Source: Octopus bimaculoides
Lineage: Eukaryota
DNA: 40,218 bases
Reading direction: 5' to 3'
NCBI RefSeq assembly: GCF_001194135.2
Contig: NC_068998.1
Span: 25,139,041-25,179,258, forward strand
In this document: positions 12,421 to 24,004 of the stretch, in pieces
Layout of the letters: every line of letters starts with the position of its first letter
Position numbering within the stretch: position 1 is the first letter of the stretch
The notes under the pieces: generated by a model
The model's input: only the letters and a program-made list of their open reading frames with translations
The model's database searches: none
Told to the model about the DNA's origin: nothing
Translations under genes and position numbers: made by a program

Positions 12421-13789
12421 TATGTTTGGAAATAAGACTCCACATCTTAAACTTCCTGCATACTTGGCATGACAGATTGTTATATTAAGTTTAAGTATCT
12501 AAAACGAGTTATAGGACCATCAAAAAGGAATGGTACACTTAATTATTTTGGTGACAAACCGCACAACGAACCAGTTCCTGTAAATTAGCATAACATTCCT
12601 CCGTAGTATACAGATTCTTAGGTTACCCCTTATCCCTCGCACAATCGGAAAATATTCCTGCGTAAAATTTGTTACAGTATTCGTATTGATGGATTGATCA
12701 GTCTTTTACACACTAAATTTGTAAATAGATAATTCAGTCGATCAAACCACTGAGTTCTTATTTTTGATAACGAAGTAAATCAAATACATTAATATGTATG
12801 TCTGTGTGCTTTCGTACAAGCGGCACGTGTCGTTGTGCGTGCGCCTGTACGTATGTATATATTATTTATATAGTACATCAAGAGAAACAAAACATATCAA
12901 ATACCTGACGTAACAGAATACAATTTACTTTCACTTTCTCACTATTTCAGTTTACGACATAGCTTTGAAATGATGTAATAAAAACGTGTTCCTGTCATTC
13001 GAATGCAGTAATATTTCTACAAAATTACACGTTTTACCTCATAGGTTTAAAGTAACTAAGCAAACCATCGCAGTAAATTCAGTTACTGACATTCTACTGG
13101 AATAAAATACCCCAATATTGATTTGAAGAATATTTTATTGTTCTCTCTTTGATATTTTGATAAAATCAGAGTAAATATTTTGGTCGCATTCTCTGTCGTT
13201 TGCTCTTATAATATTTATTAATAATTGTCACTCTATCATCTTTCGACTATATTGATTTGTTCCTCTAATAATTATAATTGTTTTCGGGAATTTTAGTTAT
13301 AGGTTATAAATATTCATAACTTTCTTAGATTTTTAAACAGGGCTGATTGTTAGCAATAAAACAAAGAAGCAACCATTAATTCTGAGAAAGGTATTGATGT
13401 CTCAGAAAGCCTAATAACGCCAAATGAAAACATATTTATAAAACCGGATGTTATTTTATAATAGTTAAGTCTTAATTCAAAGAAGGTTGAATAGAAATAA
13501 GTGCTTACCTTGACCAATCCCCAATGTTCTAGAGGACAGTTATTGTAAACAATACATTCATCTATATCGTTTATCTATAGTCTTCTTCGCTAATATAATA
13601 TATATGTATATATACATATTTAATACACTCATGTATATATATATATATATATATNNNNNNNNNNNNNNNNNNNNNNNNNNNNNNNNNNNNNNNNNNNNNN
13701 NNNNNNNNNNNNNNNNNNNNNNNNNNNNNNNNNNNNNNNNNNNNNNNNNNNNNNNNNNNNNNNNNNNNNNNNNNNNNNNNNNNNNNNNN

Positions 13790-13842
<53 letters not shown>

Positions 13843-13843
13843 C

Positions 13844-14220
13844 ATATCCATATGTAGTTATGAGATCTAAGGATCTAAGTGTAGGAAGCTTGTAATCTTC
13901 GAGCGGTTCGTGGTAGATATATAAAACAACGTTCACAACCAATAATCATTTCTTGGCATCGGAGGTGGTAGGCTTTTTCCATATCGAATTTCGATAAGCT
14001 GAAAAAACAAATTTTATATTTCACAGTTAACAAAATGAGTTGCTATGAATGCAAATAAAAATCTAAACTGAGCGAGTGAAGCAGGTAAAATTCAGTCTAC
14101 ATATGTTTCATAGCTAGCAGATCCTGTCATGTAAAACTTAGCTACTCGTCAGGTTGAAGATACATTAATTATATGAATGTTATATTATCGTTAAGGAATC
14201 CTAAGTTATCTGGCATGTAT
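13844..14220 (-). repeat. Left arm of a long inverted repeat (about 375-bp unit)
   Basis: Reverse complement aligns along its whole length with 14368-14489 plus 14647-14907, e.g. gagcgagtgaagcaggtaaaattcagtctacatatgtttc vs gaaacatatgtagactgaattttacctgcttcactcgctg. Bounded by (TA)n outside and (TATG)n inside. Confidence 0.9.
14091..14158 (-). ncRNA. Hammerhead-ribozyme-like motif (type I topology, Penelope-type), probably decayed
   Basis: Minus strand reads uucaac-CUGACGA-GUAGCUA-(22 nt)-UAGCUAU-GAAAC-AUAU-GUA-gacugaa: both core boxes, a 7-bp stem II, a palindromic ACAUAUGU stem III and a GUA triplet. Stem I is imperfect (1 bp plus 4 bp around an internal loop). Confidence 0.5.
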
Positions 14221-14367
14221 ATGAATGTATGTATGTATGTATGTATGTATGCATGTTTGTATGTATGTATGTGTGTATGTGCATGTATGTATGTATGCAC
14301 ACACTTTAAGTATATGTATACATACAGGCATACACATATACACATATACACGGACATACGTACATTT

Positions 14368-14899
14368 ATATACATGCCAGTTAACTTAGGATTTCTTAAC
14401 GCTAATATATTACATTCATATAATTTTATTGTATCTTCAACCTGATGAGTAGCTAATTATTACATGAGAGTATCTACTAGTTATGAAACTGTTGTGTGGA
14501 CGCCCCCAGGCGAAGAAGTAGGATCTCCCAAGACATATAAATAGAGGTAGTCTGGCCGTGGTAAGTGTTGAGTAGCAGTCGTGTAGCGGTTGAGTAGAGA
14601 TCGTCCGAAGGTGCTAGATAGTAGTAGCTTGAGACATAAGAGAAACATATGTAGACTGAATTTTACCTGCTTCACTCGCTGAGTTCGGATTTTCATTCGC
14701 ATTCATAGTAACTCATGTTGCTAAGTGTGAAATATAAAATTTGTTTTTTTAGCTTATCGAACTTTGATATGGGAAAAGCCTACAACGTTCGACGCCAACA
14801 AATTACTATTGTTCCTGAACGTTGTTTTATAACTCTACTACGGAACGCTCGAACAGCACAATCTTCCTACACTTACATACATGGATCTCATAATTACAT

Positions 14900-14907
<8 letters not shown>
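14368..14907 (+). repeat. Right arm of the long inverted repeat, carrying a 152-bp extra segment
   Basis: Inverted homologue of 13844-14220. Contains CTGATGA (14442-14448), the same stem II, and GAAAC at both 14485-14489 and 14642-14646 around the extra segment. Confidence 0.9.
14490..14641 (+). mobile_element. 152-bp LTR-like segment between GAAAC direct repeats
   Basis: Absent from the left arm; starts TGTTGTG, contains TATAAATA (14536-14543), GC-richer than its flanks. It does not end cleanly in CA next to the repeat (GAGACA is followed by TAAGA). Confidence 0.4.
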
Positions 14908-14947
<40 letters not shown>

Positions 14948-15948
14948 GTATGTATGTATGTATGTATGTATATGTGTATATACATATGTATGTATACATA
15001 TACATTCATGCACATATGCATGTGTATTGTGTGCACACATAAACAATATTATAGAGGAAATCCGTTAACGGTATTGTGTTAATGTCTACATACGTGTATG
15101 TGCCGTTGAAGTTTATGCATTTATATCGTGCATTGGCAACTTAATAGAAGGCAAATATTTCACTAAGCAGAGTTAGTACTTCATGTTGGTAGTGCATACA
15201 CTGTAATTCTTTTTACTGGGAAAAAATCTCCCTCAGATATAAAAGCAGTATTTAAAGAAAAGAGACATGTAGTTTTAGATATTACCCAAAATGTGAGATC
15301 AATGTTACTAAAATGCTTTTGATCACAAGTTTACTAAATCAAGATTGACGTGCGGCTAAACCAGTACGACACGTATTGTTTGAGCTTCAATAGCAGTTAT
15401 CTCTGCTGACTGCTTTAAATAAAGTTTCACTATTTTGGAACTTGTTTAAGCACTCAAATTGATTCATTATAGTAGAAATCTCTCAGTAGCAACTGATGCA
15501 GAGAATTACGTGTTCATTTAATAATACACTATTTTTTTATTTCTTCTTTTTATTTCCCCATCACTATCGTCCTTCAGTCTTTTAATGTTTCAATATTTTA
15601 ATTATGCTGTTAAGGTAAATCCTAAATTATCGAAGTTATCGTTTAACCTAAACACTTCAGATAGTTAGATTCTTAGCCATAGGTCCACATGCACTAGGGA
15701 TGGAGAACAAACGATTATACTGACATCAGTTCTTGAATGTAACATTTTTTTAAATTTGCCCACAGAATAGTAAATAACACACGTTGATCTCAATGGGTTG
15801 GGACTAAACCCCAATACATTTTATATTTAAACCATTTACTTCAGAGCACATCCATTGTTTGCGGTGATCTATGTGCTCGATATTTGTAGTTTACATAATC
15901 CTGACTCTAGACATCCAGGTAATTCAAATATACTGTCAGGTGGGTTAC

Positions 15949-16054
15949 TTCATTTCTTTGAAAGGAACAGAGAAGTGCCCAGATTTTGCTGCTGCATGTA
16001 AGAGGTCTAGTGGTGGGTAGGACGTAGACGAAATGTTTGTTGTATCTTTGGTTC
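15949..16054 (-). CDS. Candidate isolated 106-nt exon with an ankyrin-like LLHAAAKSGH motif
   Basis: Acceptor tttctttcctctttaaactcttgtttggatacag| and donor AA|gtaacc; frame (G)TKDTTNISSTSYPPLDLLHAAAKSGHFSVPFKEM. A second frame is also open, and no partner exon is identified. Confidence 0.2.
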
Positions 16055-16761
16055 CTGTATCCAAACAAGAGTTTAAAGAGGAAAGAAACACGATGACAAT
16101 ATTTAGAAATGTTCTATTTATAAAAGCACATAGTTTTAAGACTGCAGTGTATAATTTGAGTGGCATTTGGTTCATTTTCTGACAAGGTGTTTCATGAGTT
16201 GACAATGTAAAAAAAATGAAAATTACAGTATCTTTTCGCACAAAGGTGTCATTCCCAGCCTGTTGAAAACTTAGATGACATTAAGCATGCTATTTATGTC
16301 CGATTAAACCTGCAATGCAATTTCATTTTTAGGTTGAAGAGATTAAACTTCATTTATAGAATTAATTTTTCAGGGATATACCTTTATGTCGTAAATCTCA
16401 TTTGCTATGCATTCATGTATACATTTGGATTAGTAAAGCATAAACTAATCCTATATTGACCATATTTAATCGAACCCGACAAACTAAGAATTCTAGATAT
16501 TCGTAGAAGGTGAATCCGTTTGAAATATCTTTGAATCCAGCGTCAGTTGAATAAGAAAAAGCACAACATTTTATAATCTCTAGCAAACAATAAGTATGAC
16601 CGATACAGAATTACATCTGCTACAATTACCATAGCAAATTCCTACGTCTTTCAAATTAAAGTTTAGTGATGAATATCGTGCTTAATAAATGTGACATGAG
16701 CTACAAATGTATATGATTTATAGGCCCCGTGTAAGAAATAATGTACGTAGCTTAGGATATA

Positions 16762-16851
16762 TTCTATCACCGGGCATTTCTGTTGTTCTGTTTTCTCTCC
16801 TTATTCCTTCTATCACGGGGCCTTTCTGTTGCTCTGTTTTATTTCCTTATT
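16762..16851. repeat. Diverged 46-bp tandem duplication
   Basis: ttctatcaccgggcatttctgttgttctgttttctctccttattcc followed by ttctatcacggggcctttctgttgctctgttttatttccttatt. Confidence 0.8.
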
Positions 16852-18035
16852 TATAAATATACACATTTTCACTTATATCCTTGTTAAAAAACGTTCGATA
16901 AGCATCAATGATCTAGATGAAGTTGTAGACAATTTATCTTCAGGCAATATATCGAGTCATTGGTGCTAAACAGTGTACATACAGCTTTAGGTAGCTATTC
17001 TGTGTTCTATGCAATGTGGTTTGACGTGGACTTCAATGTTAATTTTGAATTCCAATTGTGAGTGTGATATCAGTGATGAACTTGTATTGCAATCAGGGTT
17101 ATATTTCTTTTATAATAGCATGCGTGCAATTACAAATATCTACATCGAACAGTGCAGGGGATCTTGTTACTTTTCTATTTTGAAAATAACAGTTTTAATC
17201 AGTTTGAGTTCTGTTGCAAAGAGAGGGAGAAAGAGAGAAAGAGAGGGAGATAGATAGAGTGAGAGTGTGTTTGTGCGCGCGCGTGCCTGCGTGCGTACGT
17301 GTGTGTTCTTTGCCTTGCAACTTCAAATCTCACTGAAATCGTTCTGAATTTCTCGCTTGAGGTCTTACTACAACTGAAACACCCACTGCTATATTACTAA
17401 CAAATAAGATTTATTACAGAGTAATGACTTGGCACAACGCCTCTTACCTAGCACAGCTTCTGTCATAATAATATTGTTTTAGTGGCCTGAAAAAACTATA
17501 CCTATATTCATATATTCGTTTTCTAAATATGCAATTTTTATCTCTCATTTTCTGGCATTGTTATTTCTCTTAGGTAACAAAATAAACGTCATTTGTTAGA
17601 AATTCAAATATAAAAATGTTTTATTCAATTAGTTCGCTTTTGAACTAATGTTTGAAATGATTGTCACAGATTTGATTCCATTAGAACGACAATTTAATCA
17701 ACATGAATAAAGAAATAGAGAAAATAATGTGTAATCTTGTTGATTTCCATAATAACTGGAAAATCTCTACAGATATAAATATAGTACTAATGTAGTAACT
17801 CAAAAAGATAGTAGTTCCTTCCATTACAACATTTTCTCGTGTCCGATAAAGAAGCGAGACATTTTGTTGATCATCATTTATACAAAACAAGAGAAGATAA
17901 GTATATTGATGACTAAAACCTAAGGTAACGTAAAATATGCTCCCGGAAAAATGTTTTCATCTGAATCCAGGTCCTTTGAAGCGATTTACATTGCAAAGAA
18001 ACCATTCTGGCGCGTTCCTGTAAAAGACCCTTTAG

Positions 18036-18054
18036 CTATCTATCTATCTATCTG

Positions 18055-18113
<59 letters not shown>

Positions 18114-18195
18114 GTCTGTCTCGGTGTCTGTCTGTCTGTCTATGTACGTATGTATGTATGTATCTATCTGTCTGTCTGTCTGTCTACCTATTATC
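18036..18195. repeat. (TATC)n/(TGTC)n/(TATG)n compound microsatellite
   Basis: Direct reading; explains the SIYL repeats in ORF 17951..18367. Confidence 0.9.
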
Positions 18196-21100
18196 TATTT
18201 ATCTCTGTATGTATAGATTGTGCATATATACATATGCATGTTTGTACCCCTCTCCACCGGTTAACAACTGGTATTGCTTGTTTTACGTCCACGTAAATTA
18301 TTATTTCGACAAAAAGAAACCGATAGAATTAGTACAAGGCTTAAATATATATAAGTACTATGGTTGATTTGCTCGACTAAACTCTTCAAGGCTATAAGAC
18401 CGCAATCAAATGAGTAAAATAAGTAAAAGATGAAAAGTATAAGACTTACATATACAAGTATGTCACTTTTCTCTTCGCATAAATATTATATGTATGTTCT
18501 GGAAATTGAAACTAATTTACAGTTAGTAGTCTACATAACCTAAACAAAGTATTCCCATCTACCTGCTTCTACTAAAAATAATACAATTACTAAAAATAAT
18601 GAATAATACTTGAAGTGAATGTTCGATTGATTGCATTAACATTTAAAGGTAAATATAAGCAATTATATATGCATACACACTTCTGTATACCTCAGTCACT
18701 TGTAGGAATATTCCCACACCGCATCCTTCTTATTTTAGTATACACTTCAATTTCATGATTATTTTGTTCGAGCTTATACAGGAACTGATTTCGGTTTTAC
18801 TTGATATCGTTGTATTGTCCAATGTTCTGACAAAAACATTACATATCTTTTACTCTCTAGCTTACATCATTAGCTACTTTCTAAATAGTTCATATTACTT
18901 AGAATATCTTTACTCGAACATCATCGTGTGAACATTTGGATGTTAACAATTTCATTTTTCTGAATGTTTTGAATATGTCCATAATTATTCTATGTATATT
19001 CTATTCCTCTTATACACAAGTAAATATTTGTAACTATATATTGCGACATCGCGAGAATACTAAGTTATTTATTGCCAAGTTCTTTAGTCAATATTAAGGA
19101 ATCATTAAGCAGTATTCCAGAAAAATATGTCTTAGACTTCAAAACGGTAGTCGATGATATTTAAAGGTTACTCATTCTTCGTCATTGTGTATGGCTGTAC
19201 ATACGTATATTTAGACAACTTCGTATTATGATTTCAATGGATACAGTGATGTTTATATGTTGTTAACAATATCATGGCATTTTAGGTACATACACAGAAT
19301 TTAGTTACGTAATTGCTGAAATAACAGAATTAACATTATTCGAAAGTTAATTATATTTTACATGGCATGGGTAAATTATAGATAGATATTGATATTTCTG
19401 ATCGATGTGCAATACCTATGAGAAAAATAGGTTTTGTATTCCATACTGACGACATTTCTAAGAAATATATTACTCAAACATAGTTAATGTTTCAGTAATA
19501 ATGTTTGTTACGTATTAAAGCCATATTGAAAATGCCGGTAGAAATTATATTAACGTAATTTCGAGATAGACTTTAATGACAAGGGATAGATAGCAACAGT
19601 TAGAGCCCACCGCAGTAATCAACACGAATATATTCGGATTCCTGAAATTAATTTAATCGAAAGTTCATTATTTAAAAGAGCCATGGATTAAACTGGATAC
19701 CACTCTGGCAGATACAGGGAGTTATTCAACAGATAGACCATGAAACCTGTGTATTCCACATCTAATTTGCTGATAATTTAGCTTTTAACATTAAGAAATT
19801 AAACACTATAAGGAATTACGAATATACTTTTAATATTTCAGGCAGCAATTAGCAATGTAGGTCAGCTATAGATAATACCTCTAATATAATCATTCATGAT
19901 TATGACAGCGATATAATGTCTCCTCATAATAATATTAGTAGAAATAAAATAAAGTAAATCTCTTATGATAGTCAAACATATATAACTGTGCAGTTGGTGA
20001 TAAATACCATTTAAATAACCAGGGTTTGAAGAATAATTTGCTTTATAAATGCTCGGTTCAAACATTAGGAACTACAGTTTTCGAATTAAAGACTAGATAA
20101 CATAACAGTGTTACTTACAAAAAAAAAGTCCCCGGTACTTCCCTAGATAGGTTCATTTAGGGCGTAAAGTAGGAAAAAATATTAACTATCAAATTTTGCT
20201 GTCAATTATAGTTAGAGACTCTGTGAAAATTTGTTCCAATCACCAATACGAGCATTTAAAATCTTCAAATGTAGGTGAAATATTTATTAATCCGTTGCTC
20301 TCTCATATTCAATAGAATATTCTTAAAATTTCCACATGACCATTTCACATAACTAACTTACATCGATCTTACCACCACTTGATTTATTTCAGCCAGTAAC
20401 TCATTTCTTAACTGACGTATCTCATTTAATACTTACCTATTTTATCTATTTCATGTTCAGTGCAATTTAATTGCAGAGAATACAGTATTATGTTGGATTG
20501 ATTACCGAGTCGGAATATATTCTGAGCTTTCCTTCTAATGGAAATCTCCATATTTTTTCTTCATTCATTTTAGTTCTATCAATTCTATATTATATACTAC
20601 TATGATAATCTTTCTTTTATAATATTCGTCTTTTATTGGCACTTCTGACAGTATCATACAAAACTGCAATTCCTTACCAATTCTACTATATCCCGTAAAT
20701 TTCTTTTTCCTCACCACTGCACTTCAGTCAAAAGTAAAAAACGCTTAACCTCTCAGTCAGAAAGGGATTGATGGTTATGTATTTTGATCAAAGAAAATAT
20801 TCTGATACATACCCCATCGTCATTGTCCATTGACTCAAACATCTCCTGCATTGGGTAGACATCGGTTGCGTAATATTTATTTCTGATATTCTATAGATTA
20901 AAATCTTTCACTATATTTCTTAAATTTTCTAAAAATGTACACAAGTAATTTTAAGTGGTCTGATAAGATGGCTGAATGTAACTTCCTTAATTCATTAGTG
21001 ATAGTGTGGATTGTAGAATGTTTATGCACAGACCAAAATGCAAATTAATGAAATTCATAGTTTCTGATTTTGTTCACTAAACATTCTCTTTGTCAGGTTT

Positions 21101-22334
21101 TTTGCAAGTCATGCTTAGCGGCCAATTATCGCAGACATTTGCTTCCACACCGTTGAATCATTGTGCACCAGAAAAACTATGAGTGCAAATCTTCTTTTTC
21201 TTTCTTTTCTTTCCGTTTTTATAAACCATTTGTCTTCTCGATCTACTTCTTTTTGTTTACCCTATTTTGGAATGTGCAAGCGTCCTCGTTTTCAAATAGG
21301 ACTCACCATGTGCCCTGAGCCTGAAGGATTGCTTGGAAGCAAAAGACACGTTATATAAATCCACCGAATTATTGTGTTTCAAAAGCTGGAAATTATTAGT
21401 AGCTTTTATTTTAATACTGTGGAGTACTGTTTCTCTTGATCCTTCTTGTAACGGAGCAGTAAATTATATTAATATATGAATCAATGGTTGACGCACTATA
21501 ATGCATCCAGTTGAAAAACTCATCTAATTGTCCATCTCTAACTGTCGTTCTCTGAGTCCGTGTAGCGGAATCACAGCACGGTAAAAGAAACAGAACTTGA
21601 TATGTGGCGGATCGCAATGGGCATGGACACGTCAGTGCAAAACACAACAGGGCAGAGTTCTGGAAGTATTATGCTAAATTGGTTTATATGTGTGATGGAC
21701 TTGGGATGGCGAGTGTTGGACATATCTTCATGATGTCAAAAATGTTCATTGTAGGATGTATATATTACTACAGACACACAAATACATCCTTCAAATGTAA
21801 TTTGAAATGATAGACGAAGACAGAATACGTTTGTTTACTTTTGTACGTGCTCCCTGGATTATTTTGTTTTCTCGAGCTCTAATTCTCCGCAAATATTGTG
21901 GGTGGTCCCGATATACGAAGTTCTCACTCTTATCGTTAAATGATGAAGAATTAGGGTCCTTTTGTGTCTGCCCTACGTGTACGATTTATTAACTGAACGC
22001 CACGCATCCCGACTTTTTTAACCAGCAAGATTTTATATATTTGTGCGACTCTACCTTCCTTTTCTAGCATCTCAACTTACTTTCTCCATCTCTCTCATAT
22101 TCTCATTTGTAATTGTAGACTTTCTCCCACCCACCCACCATCCTTCCTTCCTTCCATGCTCTCTCTGCTCTCTTTCTCTCTCTCTTTCTCTCTCAGTCTC
22201 CCCCTCTCCGTTAATCTCCTTCCCCCCTATACGGTCGTAACTAATTTTCTCATCACTCTGCCTTTTCGCCGCCGGTCAACATTTATTTACTCTGTTGCTA
22301 TTTCTCTTTCCATATCTATTCAGGATTTCTACAA

Positions 22335-23288
22335 GGGGCTATCCTTCGTTTTAATTATAATTCTTGTCAACTGAATCACNNNNNNNNNNNNNNNNNNNNN
22401 NNNNNNNNNNNNNNNNNNNNNNNNNNNNNNNNNNNNNNNNNNNNNNNNNNNNNNNNNNNNNNNNNNNNNNNNNNNNNNNNNNNNNNNNNNNNNNNNNNNN
22501 NNNNNNNNNNNNNNNNNNNNNNNNNNNNNNNNNNNNNNNNNNNNNNNNNNNNNNNNNNNNNNNNNNNNNNNNNNNNNNNNNNNNNNNNNNNNNNNNNNNN
22601 NNNNNNNNNNNNNNNNNNNNNNNNNNNNNNNNNNNNNNNNNNNNNNNNNNNNNNNNNNNNNNNNNNNNNNNNNNNNNNNNNNNNNNNNNNNNNNNNNNNN
22701 NNNNNNNNNNNNNNNNNNNNNNNNNNNNNNNNNNNNNNNNNNNNNNNNNNNNNNNNNNNNNNNNNNNNNNNNNNNNNNNNNNNNNNNNNNNNNNNNNNNN
22801 NNNNNNNNNNNNNNNNNNNNNNNNNNNNNNNNNNNNNNNNNNNNNNNNNNNNNNNNNNNNNNNNNNNNNNNNNNNNNNNNNNNNNNNNNNNNNNNNNNNN
22901 NNNNNNNNNNNNNNNNNNNNNNNNNNNNNNNNNNNNNNNNNNNNNNNNNNNNNNNNNNNNNNNNNNNNNNNNNNNNNNNNNNNNNNNNNNNNNNNNNNNN
23001 NNNNNNNNNNNNNNNNNNNNNNNNNNNNNNNNNNNNNNNNNNNNNNNNNNNNNNNNNNNNNNNNNNNNNNNNNNNNNNNNNNNNNNNNNNNNNNNNNNNN
23101 NNNNNNNNNNNNNNNNNNNNNNNNNNNNNNNNNNNNNNNNNNNNNNNNNNNNNNNNNNNNNNNNNNNNNNNNNNNNNNNNNNNNNNNNNNNNNNNNNNNN
23201 NTTTCTTTCTTTCTTTCTTTGTCTAACGGTTCGTTCTTTCGACTTGTTAAAAATATATTCTGTATCTATGAAACTTTCTCTCTCTCTC

Positions 23289-23336
<48 letters not shown>

Positions 23337-23540
23337 TTTGTCTATCGGTCACCGACCATCGCTTTCTTCTGTATCTATGAAACTTCCTCTCTAGTCAGTG
23401 GTTATGCAAAGCAGAAAGGCTGACCGTACCGTCTTCCCCAGTCATTTCCCATCCCTCCTTTTCTGAAAAGGCCGATTACATGTAAACAAAAGCATGTGAT
23501 TCAGTTGACAAGAATTATAGTTAAAACGAAGGATAGCCCT
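22335..23540. mobile_element. Putative non-autonomous DNA transposon with 45-bp TIRs and a TACAA target-site duplication (interior mostly N)
   Basis: 22335-22379 and 23496-23540 are inverted repeats matching at 43/45 positions; TACAA lies directly outside both ends (22330-22334, 23541-23545). No coding sequence in the visible interior. Confidence 0.65.
22380..23201. other. Assembly gap inside the TIR element
   Basis: N run. Confidence 0.99.
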
Positions 23541-23704
23541 TACAAGGCGTTACCAATCATACCCGTGTTTGGCCCTAAAGGTTCTATTTATTCCATCATC
23601 GTCTATCCTATCGTTTCAAATTACATTTGTCGAGCCCTAAATATATATCTCTAATTAAATACACGCGCACACACACATATAGATATGTATGTATGTATGT
23701 ATGT

Positions 23705-23742
<38 letters not shown>

Positions 23743-23869
23743 ATGTGTGTGTGTGTGTGTATATATTATTTACGTTATTTACAATTGACGGATATTTGTC
23801 CACAACATGAAGCTCAGTGACAATCTATTATACATGAAGAACTAACTCAGCTTATTTTCGATGTTGTTG

Positions 23870-23901
<32 letters not shown>

Positions 23902-23967
23902 GCCTAGAATCGAACACGAAATCCTGGGGTTAGTAGCCCGCGCTCTTAACCTCTATGCCATATGCCC
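23902..23967 (-). other. tRNA-like segment (pseudo-tRNA or SINE head) in the Penelope 3' region
   Basis: GGGCATATGGCATAGAGGTTAAGAGCGCGGGCTACTAACCCCAGGATTTCGTGTTCGATTCTAGGC: A-box-like TGGCATAGAGG, B-box GTTCGATTC, anticodon-loop-like CTACTAA closed by only 3 bp. No acceptor-stem partner, so not a functional tRNA. Confidence 0.7.
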
Positions 23968-24004
23968 GTGGGCAATTATGGAGTGAATTTTAAGGCTTAT
24001 AAAT

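Noticed and set aside
20437-20551. ATG-initiated 38-codon minus-strand frame ending at a perfect AG|GTAAGT donor
   Set aside because: No homology and no compatible downstream exon established; such matches are expected by chance in 40 kb of AT-rich DNA.
21540-21720. GC-richer patch with GHVS, faintly like the RTE-LINE W.GHV motif
   Set aside because: No continuous alignment to an RTE tail could be built in any frame.
23902-23967. Functional tRNA gene (ACT anticodon)
   Set aside because: The anticodon stem has only 3 bp, there is no acceptor stem, and it is embedded in a retroelement; kept only as a tRNA-like repeat module.
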